A stretch of DNA of 46,847 bases from IMG/VR virus record IMGVR_UViG_2923318301_000001, positions 1 to 46,847 of that record; one strand, given 5' to 3'. How positions within the stretch are numbered: the first letter of the stretch is position 1; every line of letters begins with the position of its first letter. The translations under genes and the position numbers were made by a program. Below the pieces are notes generated by a model, which was given only the letters and a program-made list of their open reading frames with translations, was not told the DNA's origin and searched no databases. This DNA is from a virus. Taxonomy: Duplodnaviria > Heunggongvirae > Uroviricota > Caudoviricetes. This document shows positions 17,561 through 27,837 of the stretch, piece by piece.

Positions 17561-18018
17561 GCAGAGTCACCGCGATTATCTCCGCTCTGATAATCTGCAT
17601 CATCGTCTGCCTGTCATGGGCTGTTAATCATTATCGTGATAACGCCATTACCTATAAAGAGCAGCGCGACAAAAACGCCAGAGAACTGAAGCTGGCGAAC
17701 TCGACAATTACTGATATGCAGCTTCGCCAGCGTGATGTTGCTGCGCTCGATGCAAAATACACGAAGGAGTTAGCTGATGCGAAAGCTGAAAATGATGCTC
17801 TGCGTGATGATGTTGCCGCTGGTCGTCGTCGGTTGCACATCAAAGCAGTCTGTCAGTCAGTGCGTGAAGCCACCACCGCCTCCGGCGTGGATAATGCAGC
17901 CTCCCCCCGACTGGCAGACACCGCTGAACGGAATTATTTCACCCTCAGAGATAGACTGATAATAATGCAGAAACAACTAGAAGGGACTCAGCAGTATATT
18001 AAGGAACAGTGCAGATAA
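17557..18018 (+). CDS. Rz: i-spanin Rz
   Basis: 153 aa; N-terminal transmembrane segment, coiled-coil body; closely resembles lambda Rz; overlaps the R stop. Confidence 0.85.
   Translation: MSRVTAIISALIICIIVCLSWAVNHYRDNAITYKEQRDKNARELKLANSTITDMQLRQRDVAALDAKYTKELADAKAENDALRDDVAAGRRRLHIKAVCQSVREATTASGVDNAASPRLADTAERNYFTLRDRLIIMQKQLEGTQQYIKEQCR
17777..17959 (+). CDS. Rz1: o-spanin Rz1 (lipoprotein, embedded in Rz in +1 frame)
   Basis: 60 aa; lipobox LVVVGC, proline-rich; matches lambda Rz1. Confidence 0.8.
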   Translation: MRKLKMMLCVMMLPLVVVGCTSKQSVSQCVKPPPPPAWIMQPPPDWQTPLNGIISPSEID

Positions 18019-18049
18019 AGTTGACCATATTGATGGGCAACTCATGCAA

Positions 18050-18343
18050 TTATTGTGAGCAATATACCCGTGCTTCCAGCGGAGTATAAATGCCAAAAGT
18101 GATGAAACCGAGCAATCCATTTACGAATGTTTGCTGGGTTTCTGTTTTAACCACATTTTCTGCACCACCACAAATTTTTGCTGCATCGACAGTTTTCTTC
18201 TGCCCAATTCCCGAAACGAAGAAATGATGGGTGATGGTTTCCTTTGGTGTTACTGCTGTCGGTTTGTTTCCAACAGTAAACGTCTGTTGAGCACATCCTG
18301 TAATAAGCATTGCCAGCGCGGCAGAAAACAACATTTTTTTCAT
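18050..18343 (-). CDS. bor: Bor lipoprotein (serum-resistance moron)
   Basis: 97 aa from MKKML; lipobox LITGC; closely matches lambda Bor; opposite orientation to the late operon. Confidence 0.85.
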   Translation of the reverse strand: MKKMLFSAALAMLITGCAQQTFTVGNKPTAVTPKETITHHFFVSGIGQKKTVDAAKICGGAENVVKTETQQTFVNGLLGFITFGIYTPLEARVYCSQ

Positions 18344-18838
18344 CTTATTATCCTGCATTGTTAAAAACGGCAGAATCCTATGTGACAACAATTAAACGAT
18401 AGTTAAATGGATTGATGAAAATTAAAACTATATAGGTGTACGCTCAGACTATTGGAGGAAGTTGGGGACACTCAGAATCCTGTGGAATGAAATAAACCGC
18501 TCTATCTGTCCTTTACCCTTTTAACTGCGCTGTATCGTCGCCGTATTCCCGTATTAACAGAGACCGTAGCCCGATGGGGAACTCCTTCTGCGCGAGTGTG
18601 AGGGAATAATCAAAAACGATGCACACTGGGTTTTTACCGCGTTTATGGTTCGCGGGTTTGTCCCTCATGCTCGCCAGTCCTGTGCGGGGGTGGAAGAAAC
18701 AGGACACTTACACAGATTCTTGTGGGCACGATGCTATGCCTTTCTGGATTATCCCGATGCCATTCATGCAAGGCGTTGTATCAGACGTTCGTCAGAGCTG
18801 TCAGGCTGACGGGTCCTCCCGGTGGGGTGGCCTGCCAC

Positions 18839-18856
18839 GGGGCGGGAGCGTCGCGG
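18839..18856. other. Candidate cos (cohesive-end) site
   Basis: ggggcgggagcgtcgcgg resembles the lambda cosN region GGGCGGCGACCTCGCGG; lies ~180 bp upstream of the small terminase gene. Confidence 0.3.
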
Positions 18857-19035
18857 AAAAAGGCTAGTTTTTGCATTTCCATGGCGGCGGCAGCATGTTT
18901 GGTAATTTATTGATAATTAAAAGTTATTTCTCTTTTCACCTGTACAATATTTTTTTCTCCCTGTCATTAGACCAGTTTGCAATTAATTGAAATATATAAA
19001 TAAACCTGATTTTTACCTGCCAGATGGAGTTGCTT

Positions 19036-19563
19036 ATGTCAAATGTGAGCGGGATCGGTGATGCTTATTACTGGAGTGTTTTTAAAATCGCCGAGGCCTT
19101 TGGGCTTCACCGGGACACAGTAAAAAAACGGCTCCTCGCGGCCAACACTCCTGTGGCTGCGACTGTCAGGGGGAACCCCGTTTACGCCCTGCAGCATGTC
19201 GGGCCTGCCCTGTTTAGTGTGAGGCATGAGGCAGCAGACTCTGTTCATGATCCATCCCGTATGGAGCCGAAAGAGAGAAAGGACTGGTACCAGTCTGAAA
19301 ATGAAAGGATCAAGCTGGAAAAGGAGCAGCGAAAACTCATCCCCGTTGATGAAGTAGTCATCGTCTATTCGTCCATGAGAAAGGCTGTCGTCCAGGTTCT
19401 GGAGACAATTCCGGATGTTCTTGAACGCGATTGCGCCCTGACTCCTCAGGCCGTCGGCGTTGTACAGCAGGCCATTGATGACCTGCGATACACTCTTCAG
19501 GAAAAATCCTACGAGGCTTGTGCTGCTGAATTAATTCCTGATGAGGAAGGAGAGAGTCTCTAG
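19036..19563 (+). CDS. Terminase small subunit (Nu1-like)
   Basis: 175 aa from ATG at 19036 (GGAG ribosome-binding site); HTH-like N-terminus; directly upstream of the large terminase. Confidence 0.7.
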   Translation: MSNVSGIGDAYYWSVFKIAEAFGLHRDTVKKRLLAANTPVAATVRGNPVYALQHVGPALFSVRHEAADSVHDPSRMEPKERKDWYQSENERIKLEKEQRKLIPVDEVVIVYSSMRKAVVQVLETIPDVLERDCALTPQAVGVVQQAIDDLRYTLQEKSYEACAAELIPDEEGESL

Positions 19564-19571
19564 GAGGAATA

Positions 19572-21671
19572 ATGGGTTTTTCATCAGCCCGAAATTTGGG
19601 AAGGGACATATCGGCAGGATTTTCCCCACCACGTCGCATGCCGATTTCGGAGGCTGTTAAAAAATTCATGCGTGTTCCCAAGGGGGCTGGTAACTCGGTG
19701 CCATGGGATCCTGAACTGACACCCTACATCATTGAGCCCATGAACTGCCTGGCATCGCGTGAATACGATGCGGTGATTTTTGTTGGTCCTGCGCGAACAG
19801 GGAAGACCATTGGTCTGATCGATGGATGGATTGTCTATACCATCGTTTGCGATCCTTCGGACATGCTCGTTGTGCAGATGACCGAAGATAAGGCCCGCGA
19901 GCATTCTAAAAAGCGCCTCGACAGAACGTTCAGAAGCAGTGCGGCGGTAAAGAAAAGAATGAGTCCACGTCGTAACGACAATAATGTTCATGATAAGACG
20001 TTCAGGGATGGCTCGTTCCTTAAAATTGGTTGGCCCTCGGTCAACATTATGTCGTCGTCGGATTACCGGTTTGTCGCCTTAACCGATTACGACCGTTTTC
20101 CGGAGAATATCGACAGCGAGGGTGATGGTTTCTCCCTGGCCTCAAAACGTACCACCACATTTATGTCCGCCGGGATGACTCTGGTGGAGAGCTCGCCGGG
20201 ACGTGACATCTGCGACAGCAAATGGCGACGTAAGTCGCCTCATGAAGCGCCACCGACGACTGGTATTCTTTCCCTTTACAATCGTGGTGACCGCCGCCGC
20301 TGGTACTGGCCATGTCCGCACTGCGGTGAATATTTTCAGCCAGCCATGGATGCCATGACCGGCTACCGTAATGAACCGGATCCCTTTAAAGCCAGTGAGG
20401 CGGCGTATCTACTTTGCCCGCACTGCAGCGGCATTATCACTGCGGAGAAAAAGCGTGAGCTCAATAGTGCAGGAGTCTGGTTGCGTGAAGGTCAGGTCAT
20501 TGATCGTAACGGCAACGTTTCCGGTGAACCGCGCCGCTCCCGTATCGCCAGTTTCTGGATGGAAGGGCCAGCTGCTGCGTATCAGACCTGGGCGCAACTG
20601 GTTTACAAATTACTGACTGCAGAACAGGAGTATGAAGCGACAGGAAGCGAAGAAACACTCAGGGCGGTTATCAACACCGACTGGGGATTGCCTTATCTTC
20701 CTCGTGCCAGCATGGAGCAACGAAAAAGTGAACTGCTTGAGCAGCGGGCAGAGCCAGTTCCTTCCCGCAGTGTTCCGGATGGCGTTAATTTCCTTGTGGC
20801 GACAGTGGATGTGCAGGCGGGACGTCATCGCCGTTTTGTGGTTCAGGTAACGGGCTATGGCAGCCGTGGCGAACGCTGGATTATTGATCGTTACAACATC
20901 ACGCAGTCATTGCGCAGTGACTGCGACGGGGAGAGCCAGCGAATTGATCCGGCCAGCTATCCGGAAGACTGGGATGTCCTGCTGACGGATGTTTTTCATA
21001 AAAGCTGGCCGCTGGCCTCCGATCCTTCTCAACAAATGCGACTGATGGCAATGGCGGTGGACTCCGGCGGTGAAGACGGGGTCACTGATAATGCCTATAA
21101 ATTCTGGCGTCGTTGCCGTCGTGATGGCCTTGGTAAACGTATTTACCTGTTTAAGGGTGACAGCATCCGGCGCGCAAAACTGATCAGCCGTACATTCCCT
21201 GATAACACCGGACGAACGGGCCGCCGGGCGCAGGCCGCAGGTGATGTGCCGCTCTGGCTTCTTCAGACGGATGCCCTGAAAGACCGGGTGAATAACGCGT
21301 TATGGCGTGACTCGCCAGGTCCAGGCTATGTGCATTTCCCTGACTGGCTGGGGAGCTGGTTTTACGACGAACTGACGTATGAAGAGCGGAGCAGTGACGG
21401 GAAATGGAGTAAGCCGGGTCGCGGTGCCAACGAAGCTTTTGACCTGATGGTGTATGCCGAGGCGCTGGTCATTCTGCATGGATACGAAAAGATCCGCTGG
21501 CCGGATGCACCGGAGTGGGCGAGCCGGGAAACCTGGCTGGAGTGTGTCCCGGACAGTACCGAACCGTCACCCTCACCGGAGCCGGTATCCACGCCTGTTA
21601 AAAAACAAAAACGGAAGAAAACAGTAACTGACGATGTTAACCCCTGGCTGACTTCCGGAGGATGGTTATGA
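19572..21671 (+). CDS. Terminase large subunit (lambda gpA family)
   Basis: 699 aa; Walker-A-like VGPARTGKT, Zn-ribbon CPHCGEYF ... CPHCSG, nuclease region. Confidence 0.9.
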   Translation: MGFSSARNLGRDISAGFSPPRRMPISEAVKKFMRVPKGAGNSVPWDPELTPYIIEPMNCLASREYDAVIFVGPARTGKTIGLIDGWIVYTIVCDPSDMLVVQMTEDKAREHSKKRLDRTFRSSAAVKKRMSPRRNDNNVHDKTFRDGSFLKIGWPSVNIMSSSDYRFVALTDYDRFPENIDSEGDGFSLASKRTTTFMSAGMTLVESSPGRDICDSKWRRKSPHEAPPTTGILSLYNRGDRRRWYWPCPHCGEYFQPAMDAMTGYRNEPDPFKASEAAYLLCPHCSGIITAEKKRELNSAGVWLREGQVIDRNGNVSGEPRRSRIASFWMEGPAAAYQTWAQLVYKLLTAEQEYEATGSEETLRAVINTDWGLPYLPRASMEQRKSELLEQRAEPVPSRSVPDGVNFLVATVDVQAGRHRRFVVQVTGYGSRGERWIIDRYNITQSLRSDCDGESQRIDPASYPEDWDVLLTDVFHKSWPLASDPSQQMRLMAMAVDSGGEDGVTDNAYKFWRRCRRDGLGKRIYLFKGDSIRRAKLISRTFPDNTGRTGRRAQAAGDVPLWLLQTDALKDRVNNALWRDSPGPGYVHFPDWLGSWFYDELTYEERSSDGKWSKPGRGANEAFDLMVYAEALVILHGYEKIRWPDAPEWASRETWLECVPDSTEPSPSPEPVSTPVKKQKRKKTVTDDVNPWLTSGGWL

Positions 21672-21880
21672 ATCAGAATGATATTGAAGCCATGATTCAG
21701 CGTTATACGGAAGCTGAAATGGCGGTGCTGGACGGAAAATCCGTCACTTTTAATGGTCAGCAGATGACCATGGAAAACTTATCTGAGATCCGGCAGGGAC
21801 GGCAGGAGTGGGAGCGCCGCCTTGCGGCTCTGATTTCACGACGACGGGGGCATCCCGGGTACCGGCTGGCGAGGTTCTGA
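21662..21880 (+). CDS. Head-tail connector protein, gpW-like
   Basis: 72 aa between terminase and portal; overlaps both neighbours at start/stop codons. Confidence 0.6.
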   Translation: MVMNQNDIEAMIQRYTEAEMAVLDGKSVTFNGQQMTMENLSEIRQGRQEWERRLAALISRRRGHPGYRLARF

Positions 21881-23355
21881 TGGCAATTCTTGATGATGTG
21901 ATTGGCGTTTTTTCACCAGGATGGAAAGCGGCAAGGCTGCGTTCCCGTGCGGTGATTCAGGCTTATGAGGCCGTAAAAACGACGCGGACACACAAAGCCC
22001 GACGGGAGAACCGAACTGCCGACCAGTTAAGCCAGTACGGGGCCGTGTCGTTACGTGAGCAGGCCCGTTACCTTGATAACAACCACGATCTGGTCATTGG
22101 TGTATTTGACAAGCTGGAAGAACGGGTGGTGGGGAAAAACGGGATTATTGTCGAGCCACATCCGGTATTACGCAATGGGGCCATTGCCCGTGATCTGGCA
22201 GCGGAGATACGCACCCGATGGAGTGAATGGTCTGTCAGTCCGGAAGTCACCGGGCAGTTTACCCGTCCGATGCTGGAACGTCTGATGCTGCGTACCTGGC
22301 TGCGCGATGGTGAGGTGTTTGCCCAGATGGTTTCCGGGCGCATAAACAGCCTGACGCCTTCTGCCGGTGTTCATTTCTGGCTGGAGGCGCTCGAGCCGGA
22401 CTTTATTCCCATGACCAGTGATGAGAGCAACAGGCTGAATCAGGGCGTGTTTGTTGATGACTGGGGGCGTCCCGAAAAATATCTGGTGTATAAAAGCCGT
22501 CCCGTATCCGGGCGGCAGATGGAAACCAAAGAAGTGGATGCAGAGCGAATGCTGCATCTTAAATTTGTTCGCCGTCTGCACCAGATGCGCGGGACGTCTT
22601 TATTGTCCGGTGTGCTGATCCGCCTCAGCGCCCTGAAAGAGTATGAAGATTCTGAGCTGACTGCAGCAAGGGTCGCCGCTGCTCTGGGGATGTACATCCG
22701 CAAAGGCGACGGACAGAGCTATGAAACGGATGGTAATGACAGCAAGGAGAATGAACGCGAGCTTACCATTCAGCCAGGCATTATTTACGACGATCTGAAA
22801 CCCGGCGAAGAAATCGGAATGGTGAAGTCGGATCGCCCAAATCCTAACCTTGAAACTTTTCGTAATGCTCAGTTGCGTGCCGTGGCGGCGGGCAGTCGTC
22901 TGAGTTTTTCCAGTACAGCGCGCAACTATAACGGCACTTACAGCGCCCAGCGTCAGGAGCTGGTTGAATCCACTGATGGCTACCTGATCCTGCAGGACTG
23001 GTTTATTGGTGCCGTCACCCGCCCGATGTATCGTGCCTGGCTGAAACAGGCTGTGGCATCCGGTGTTATCAGGCTACCCCGCGATCTTGACCGTTCTTCA
23101 CTGTATACCGCGGTGTATTCCGGACCGGTGATGCCGTGGATTGACCCTGTTAAGGAGGCTGAGGCCTGGAAAATCCAGATTCGTGGTGGAGCGGCGACAG
23201 AATCAGACTGGGTACGTGCAGGTGGTCGTAATCCGGATGATGTCAAACGTCGGCGCAAGGCCGAAATTGATGAAAACCGCAAGCTGGACCTGGTATTTGA
23301 TACCGATCCGGCCAGTGATAAAGGAGGCAGCAGTGCCGCAACGAAACGACAGTAG
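21880..23355 (+). CDS. Portal protein (lambda gpB family)
   Basis: 491 aa from ATG at 21880 (TGATG overlap with W stop); the track's 21808 start is an in-frame extension overlapping W. Confidence 0.85.
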   Translation: MAILDDVIGVFSPGWKAARLRSRAVIQAYEAVKTTRTHKARRENRTADQLSQYGAVSLREQARYLDNNHDLVIGVFDKLEERVVGKNGIIVEPHPVLRNGAIARDLAAEIRTRWSEWSVSPEVTGQFTRPMLERLMLRTWLRDGEVFAQMVSGRINSLTPSAGVHFWLEALEPDFIPMTSDESNRLNQGVFVDDWGRPEKYLVYKSRPVSGRQMETKEVDAERMLHLKFVRRLHQMRGTSLLSGVLIRLSALKEYEDSELTAARVAAALGMYIRKGDGQSYETDGNDSKENERELTIQPGIIYDDLKPGEEIGMVKSDRPNPNLETFRNAQLRAVAAGSRLSFSSTARNYNGTYSAQRQELVESTDGYLILQDWFIGAVTRPMYRAWLKQAVASGVIRLPRDLDRSSLYTAVYSGPVMPWIDPVKEAEAWKIQIRGGAATESDWVRAGGRNPDDVKRRRKAEIDENRKLDLVFDTDPASDKGGSSAATKRQ

Positions 23356-23401
23356 CCGCAGTACACCGACGACCAGTCCGAAGAATAATTCCTGGTTCAG
23401 G

Positions 23402-25360
23402 ATGCAGGCTGGTCACCAGAGTGACGCGGATATTTATATTTATGACGAGATTGGTTTCTGGGGTGTTACAGCGAAGCAGTTTATCAGTGATCTGAATGCA
23501 CTGGGCGATATCACCCACATTAATCTCCATATCAATTCACCGGGTGGCGATGTCTTTGAAGGCATCGCCATTTTTAATGCGCTGAAAACACATGGTGCGT
23601 CCATTACCGTTTATGTCGACGGTGTGGCGGCATCAATGGCGTCGGTCATTGCGATGGTGGGAAACCCGGTCATTATGCCGGAAAACACCTTCATGATGAT
23701 TCATAAACCATTTGGCTTTACGGGCGGTGATGCGGAGGACATGCGCACCTATGCCGACCTGCTCGATAAAGTTGAGGCGGTTCTGTTACCCGCTTATGCA
23801 CAGAAAACCGGGAAAACCACCGATGAAATTGCTGCCATGCTGGCGGATGAGACCTGGATGTCCGGTGCCGAATGTCTGGCACAGGGATTTGCTGATCAGG
23901 TGACACCAGCCGTTAAGGCAATGGCATGTATTCAGTCAAAACGTACAGAGGAATTTAAAAAGATGCCGGAATCCATTCGAAACATGATTACTCCGCCACG
24001 CAACAGTGCTCCACGCGTACAGGATGATGAACCTGCAGCCTCCCGGACGCCAGTGCAGGCAGCAGCACCCGTGGTGGATGAAAACAGTATCCGTGCGCAG
24101 GTACTGGCAGAGCAAAAAGCGCGTGTAAACGGTATTAATGATCTGTTTGCCATGTTTGGCGGGCGTTATCAGATGCTGCAGGCCCAGTGTCTTGCCGATC
24201 CTGAATGTTCGCTGGAGCAGGCCCGTGAAAAGCTGTTGAACGAGATGGGGCGCGAGTCCACGCCATCCAATAAAAATACCCCGGCTCATATTTATGCCGG
24301 TAACGGTAATTTTGTGGGGGACGGGATCCGCCAGGCGCTGATGGCGCGTGCCGGATTTGAAAAAAACGAACGTGATAATGTCTACAACGGGATGACCCTG
24401 CGTGAATATGCCCGTATGTCACTAACTGAACGGGGTATTGGGGTTTCCGGTTATAACCCGATGCAGATGGTCGGTGCGGCGTTCACACACAGTACGTCTG
24501 ACTTCGGTAATATTCTGCTGGATGTTGCGAACAAAGCCATTCTGCAGGGCTGGGAAGATGCCCCTGAAACCTATGAACAGTGGACGCGGAAAGGTCAGTT
24601 GTCTGATTTTAAAATTGCCCATCGTGTGGGTATGGGGGGCTTCAGTGCTCTGCGTCAGGTGCGTGAAGGGGCGGAATATAAATACGTCACCACCGGAGAT
24701 AAACAGGCCACTATTGCACTGGCGACCTATGGCGAGCTGTTCAGTATCACCCGTCAGGCCATTATCAATGATGATCTGAATATGCTGACCGATGTCCCGA
24801 TGAAACTGGGCCGTGCGGCGAAATCCACTATTGCCGATCTGGTTTATGCCATTCTGACGTCTAACCCGAAAATCTCCACAGATAATGTAAGTCTGTTCGA
24901 TAAAGCGAAACATGCAAACGTACTGGAGAGCGCTGCAATGGACGTGGCATCGCTGGATAAAGCCCGCCAGTTGATGCGCGTTCAGAAAGAGGGGGAGCGT
25001 CATCTGAATATTCGTCCTGCGTTCGTACTGGTACCGACGGCGATGGAGTCTGTTGCTAACCAGGTCATTCGCTCCTCAAGTGTCAAGGGGGCTGACATTA
25101 ACGCCGGTATTATTAACCCGGTGAAAGATTTTGCGACCGTTATTGCAGAGCCTCGTCTTGATGATAACAGCCAGACCACCTTCTACCTGGCTGCGTCAAA
25201 AGGCTCCGATACGATTGAAGTGGCTTATCTCAACGGTGTGGATACGCCATATATTGATCAGATGGAGGGCTTCAGTGTGGATGGCGTGACAACGAAAGTG
25301 CGTATTGACGCCGGTGTCGCGCCAGTTGATCACCGCGGTCTGGTGAAATGTACGGCGTAA
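23402..25360 (+). CDS. Prohead protease - scaffold - major capsid fusion protein
   Basis: 652 aa from first ATG after the portal stop; N-terminal ClpP-like protease motifs (INSPGGDVFEG, SMASVIAMVG, MIHKP), central linker, C-terminal HK97-fold-like capsid region. Confidence 0.8.
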   Translation: MQAGHQSDADIYIYDEIGFWGVTAKQFISDLNALGDITHINLHINSPGGDVFEGIAIFNALKTHGASITVYVDGVAASMASVIAMVGNPVIMPENTFMMIHKPFGFTGGDAEDMRTYADLLDKVEAVLLPAYAQKTGKTTDEIAAMLADETWMSGAECLAQGFADQVTPAVKAMACIQSKRTEEFKKMPESIRNMITPPRNSAPRVQDDEPAASRTPVQAAAPVVDENSIRAQVLAEQKARVNGINDLFAMFGGRYQMLQAQCLADPECSLEQAREKLLNEMGRESTPSNKNTPAHIYAGNGNFVGDGIRQALMARAGFEKNERDNVYNGMTLREYARMSLTERGIGVSGYNPMQMVGAAFTHSTSDFGNILLDVANKAILQGWEDAPETYEQWTRKGQLSDFKIAHRVGMGGFSALRQVREGAEYKYVTTGDKQATIALATYGELFSITRQAIINDDLNMLTDVPMKLGRAAKSTIADLVYAILTSNPKISTDNVSLFDKAKHANVLESAAMDVASLDKARQLMRVQKEGERHLNIRPAFVLVPTAMESVANQVIRSSSVKGADINAGIINPVKDFATVIAEPRLDDNSQTTFYLAASKGSDTIEVAYLNGVDTPYIDQMEGFSVDGVTTKVRIDAGVAPVDHRGLVKCTA

Positions 25361-25383
25361 ACGTCGCAGACAACAACTCTGAT

Positions 25384-25403
25384 GGCCCGTAAGGGCTTTT
25401 TTT
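25384..25403 (+). terminator. Weak putative terminator after capsid gene
   Basis: 4-bp stem gccc / gggc, loop gtaa, then T7; a second 7-bp hairpin at 25415..25433 has no T-tract. Confidence 0.35.
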
Positions 25404-25446
25404 GTACCTGAAATCAGCCCCTGAACGGGGCTGTGCGGAGACAGTT

Positions 25447-25770
25447 ATGGCAAAGAATTTTGTAGAAGAAGGAAAAACGGTGGCGATTGTTGCCAGTGCA
25501 GCCATCAGCAGCGGAGATCTGGTGCAGGTGGGCGATGTTTTTGCGGTGGCGCTGACCGATATTCCACAGGGTGAAACAGGCGACGGCATGACCGAAGGTG
25601 TGTTTATGCTGCCTAAGCTGAAAACGGATGACATGAAAACGGGTAAGAAGGTTTATCTGAAGTCCGGAAAAGTTCAGCTGACTAACAGCGGCTCTGATCC
25701 GCTGGTCGGGGTTGTCTGGGCAGATGCCGGAACCAGTGCAGAAGAAGTGCCGGTAAAACTCAATGTCTGA
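25447..25770 (+). CDS. Head decoration / DUF2190-like protein
   Basis: 107 aa from ATG at 25447; position directly after the capsid gene; family recalled, not verified. Confidence 0.5.
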   Translation: MAKNFVEEGKTVAIVASAAISSGDLVQVGDVFAVALTDIPQGETGDGMTEGVFMLPKLKTDDMKTGKKVYLKSGKVQLTNSGSDPLVGVVWADAGTSAEEVPVKLNV

Positions 25771-26038
25771 TCCCTTTTCCCGGCTGGCAGCGCGTATGGA
25801 TGCTATCACGGTTAGAAAGATGGGAAAGACAGCCTCGATTAATGATGTCGATATGACTGTGATCCCGGGAGAAACACTGGCAGAGCTGAATGCTCTGTCC
25901 GGACCTGCGGTCTCTCTGGTGGTGTTTTCTTCGGGATACCGCCCACGGCGCGGGGATCGCGTTGTTTATGACGGACAACAATGGACGGTCACACGGCATG
26001 AACGTTTTAACGGTAAGCCAATGATCTTTATTGAGTAA
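25763..26038 (+). CDS. Head-tail joining protein (FII position)
   Basis: 91 aa; position between head genes and the Z-like gene. Confidence 0.5.
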   Translation: MSDPFSRLAARMDAITVRKMGKTASINDVDMTVIPGETLAELNALSGPAVSLVVFSSGYRPRRGDRVVYDGQQWTVTRHERFNGKPMIFIE

Positions 26039-26049
26039 AGAGGTGTGGG

Positions 26050-26628
26050 ATGAAGGGGCTTGAGAATGCCATCCGTAATCTGAACAGCCTTGATACCCGT
26101 ATGGTGCCACAGGCCAGCGCATGGGCGATAAACCGTGTGGCACAGAAAGCGGTCTCGGTCGCCACCCGGCAGGTTGCCGGGAATACCGTTGCGGGAGATA
26201 ACCAGGTGAAAGGGATCCCCCTGAAACTGGTACGTCAGCGTGTCCGGGTGTTTAAAGCCAGTCCGTCAGGAAAAATGACGGCCAGGATCCGCGTTAACCG
26301 GGGCAATCTGCCCGCTATTAAGCTGGGGACAGCCCGGGTCAGACTGGCCCGGCGTGGTGGAAAACTGCAGTACCGTGGCAGTGTGCTGAAGGTGGGTAAA
26401 TATCTTTTCCGGGATGCGTTTATTCAGCAACTGGCGAATGGTCGCTGGCATGTGATGCGGCGTATTGATGGCAAAAATCGTTACCCCATTGATGTGGTGA
26501 AAATCCCGCTGTCCGGACCGCTGACACAGGCATTTGAAGATGCCCGCGACCGCATCATTGCTGCGGAAATGCCGAAACAGCTGGGGTATGCACTGAAACA
26601 ACAACTGAGGTTATGGCTGACCCGATGA
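26050..26628 (+). CDS. Z: Tail completion protein, lambda Z-like
   Basis: 192 aa, same length and position as lambda Z. Confidence 0.65.
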   Translation: MKGLENAIRNLNSLDTRMVPQASAWAINRVAQKAVSVATRQVAGNTVAGDNQVKGIPLKLVRQRVRVFKASPSGKMTARIRVNRGNLPAIKLGTARVRLARRGGKLQYRGSVLKVGKYLFRDAFIQQLANGRWHVMRRIDGKNRYPIDVVKIPLSGPLTQAFEDARDRIIAAEMPKQLGYALKQQLRLWLTR

Positions 26629-27026
26629 ACCGACATACACAAATCCGCCAGGCCGTACTGGCACGCCTTCGGGAACAGTGTGGAGACAGCGCCACGTTTT
26701 TTGACGGGCTTCCGGCATTTGTTGATGCGCAGGAACTGCCTGCCGTGGCGGTGTGGCTGAGTGATGCTCAGTACACCGGAAAAATGACGGATGAAGATGA
26801 CTGGCAGGCTGTTCTGCATATTGCTGTCTTCATCCGGGCACAGGCACCGGATTCAGAGCTGGATATGTGGATGGAGAGCACCATTTTCCCGGCCCTGAAT
26901 GATGTACCGGCACTTTCCGGACTCATCGACACCCTGATCCCACTCGGTTTTAACTATCAACGTGATAATGAGATGGCCACCTGGGCGATGGCGGAAATCA
27001 CGTACCAGATCACGTACACGAATTAA
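26613..27026 (+). CDS. U: Tail terminator protein, lambda U-like
   Basis: 137 aa; shares ATFFDG, PAVAVWL, DSELDMWMES, ITYQITY-type blocks with lambda U. Confidence 0.8.
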   Translation: MADPMNRHTQIRQAVLARLREQCGDSATFFDGLPAFVDAQELPAVAVWLSDAQYTGKMTDEDDWQAVLHIAVFIRAQAPDSELDMWMESTIFPALNDVPALSGLIDTLIPLGFNYQRDNEMATWAMAEITYQITYTN

Positions 27027-27036
27027 GGAGGTGGCA

Positions 27037-27780
27037 ATGACCACACCAAATCCACTGGCAAAAACGAAAGGTGCGGGAACGACGTTCTGGATGTACACCG
27101 GCAAGGGCGATGCGTTTGCGAACCCTTTATCGGACACTGACTGGCTGCGTCTTGCGATGGTGAAGGATCTGCAACCTGGCGAAATGACCGCTGATGCAGA
27201 AGATGACACTTATCTCGATGATGAAGATGCAGACTGGAAAACGACAACCCAGGGGCAGAAATCCGTCGGTGATACTTCGGCGACGCTGGCCTGGCGTCCG
27301 GGTGACAGCGGGCAGAAAAAACTGGTTCAGTTGTTCGACTCCGGTGAAGTCTGCGCGTTTCGTATCAAATATCCCAACGGTACTGTTGATGTTTTCCGTG
27401 GCTGGCTGAGTTCACTGGGTAAAACCATTGCCTCAAAAGACGTGATGACCCGCACCGTGAAAATCAGCGGTGTGGGGCGTCCATATCTGGCAGAGGAGGG
27501 CACTGAAACTGTGGGCGTTACCGGGCTGACGGTGGCACCGGCATCCGCCAGTGTCAATGTGGGAGCAACCACCACGCTGACCTTTACAGTAAAACCTGAC
27601 GGAGCCAGTGACAAAGCGATCAGTGTGCATTCGACAGATCCACAGACTGCCACTGTGACCCTGAACGGACTTGTGGCCACGGTGAAAGGCGTGAAGCAGG
27701 GCAGTGTCAGCATTGTGGGCATGACTTCTGACGGCGATTTTGTGGCAGTGGCTACGGTGGCTGTCAGCGCCGCAGGTTAA
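27037..27780 (+). CDS. V: Major tail protein V (with C-terminal Ig-like domain)
   Basis: 247 aa from ATG at 27037 (AAGGAGG ribosome-binding site); KGAGTTFWMYTG, FRGWLSS blocks match lambda V; track start at 26962 rejected. Confidence 0.9.
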   Translation: MTTPNPLAKTKGAGTTFWMYTGKGDAFANPLSDTDWLRLAMVKDLQPGEMTADAEDDTYLDDEDADWKTTTQGQKSVGDTSATLAWRPGDSGQKKLVQLFDSGEVCAFRIKYPNGTVDVFRGWLSSLGKTIASKDVMTRTVKISGVGRPYLAEEGTETVGVTGLTVAPASASVNVGATTTLTFTVKPDGASDKAISVHSTDPQTATVTLNGLVATVKGVKQGSVSIVGMTSDGDFVAVATVAVSAAG

Positions 27781-27800
27781 CAGGATGATACTCATCATTT

Positions 27801-27826
27801 GCCCCGGTTATTCGGGGCTTTTTTGC
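27801..27826 (+). terminator. Intrinsic terminator/attenuator after the major tail gene
   Basis: Stem gccccg / cggggc, loop gttatt, then TTTTTT. Confidence 0.6.
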
Positions 27827-27837
27827 AGGTGGAGAAT

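Noticed and set aside
18513-18913. ORFs 18513..18707 (-), 18619..18867 (+), 18722..18913 (+)
   Set aside because: Lie in the GC-rich cos-adjacent non-coding region; no ribosome-binding sites; composition unlike proteins.
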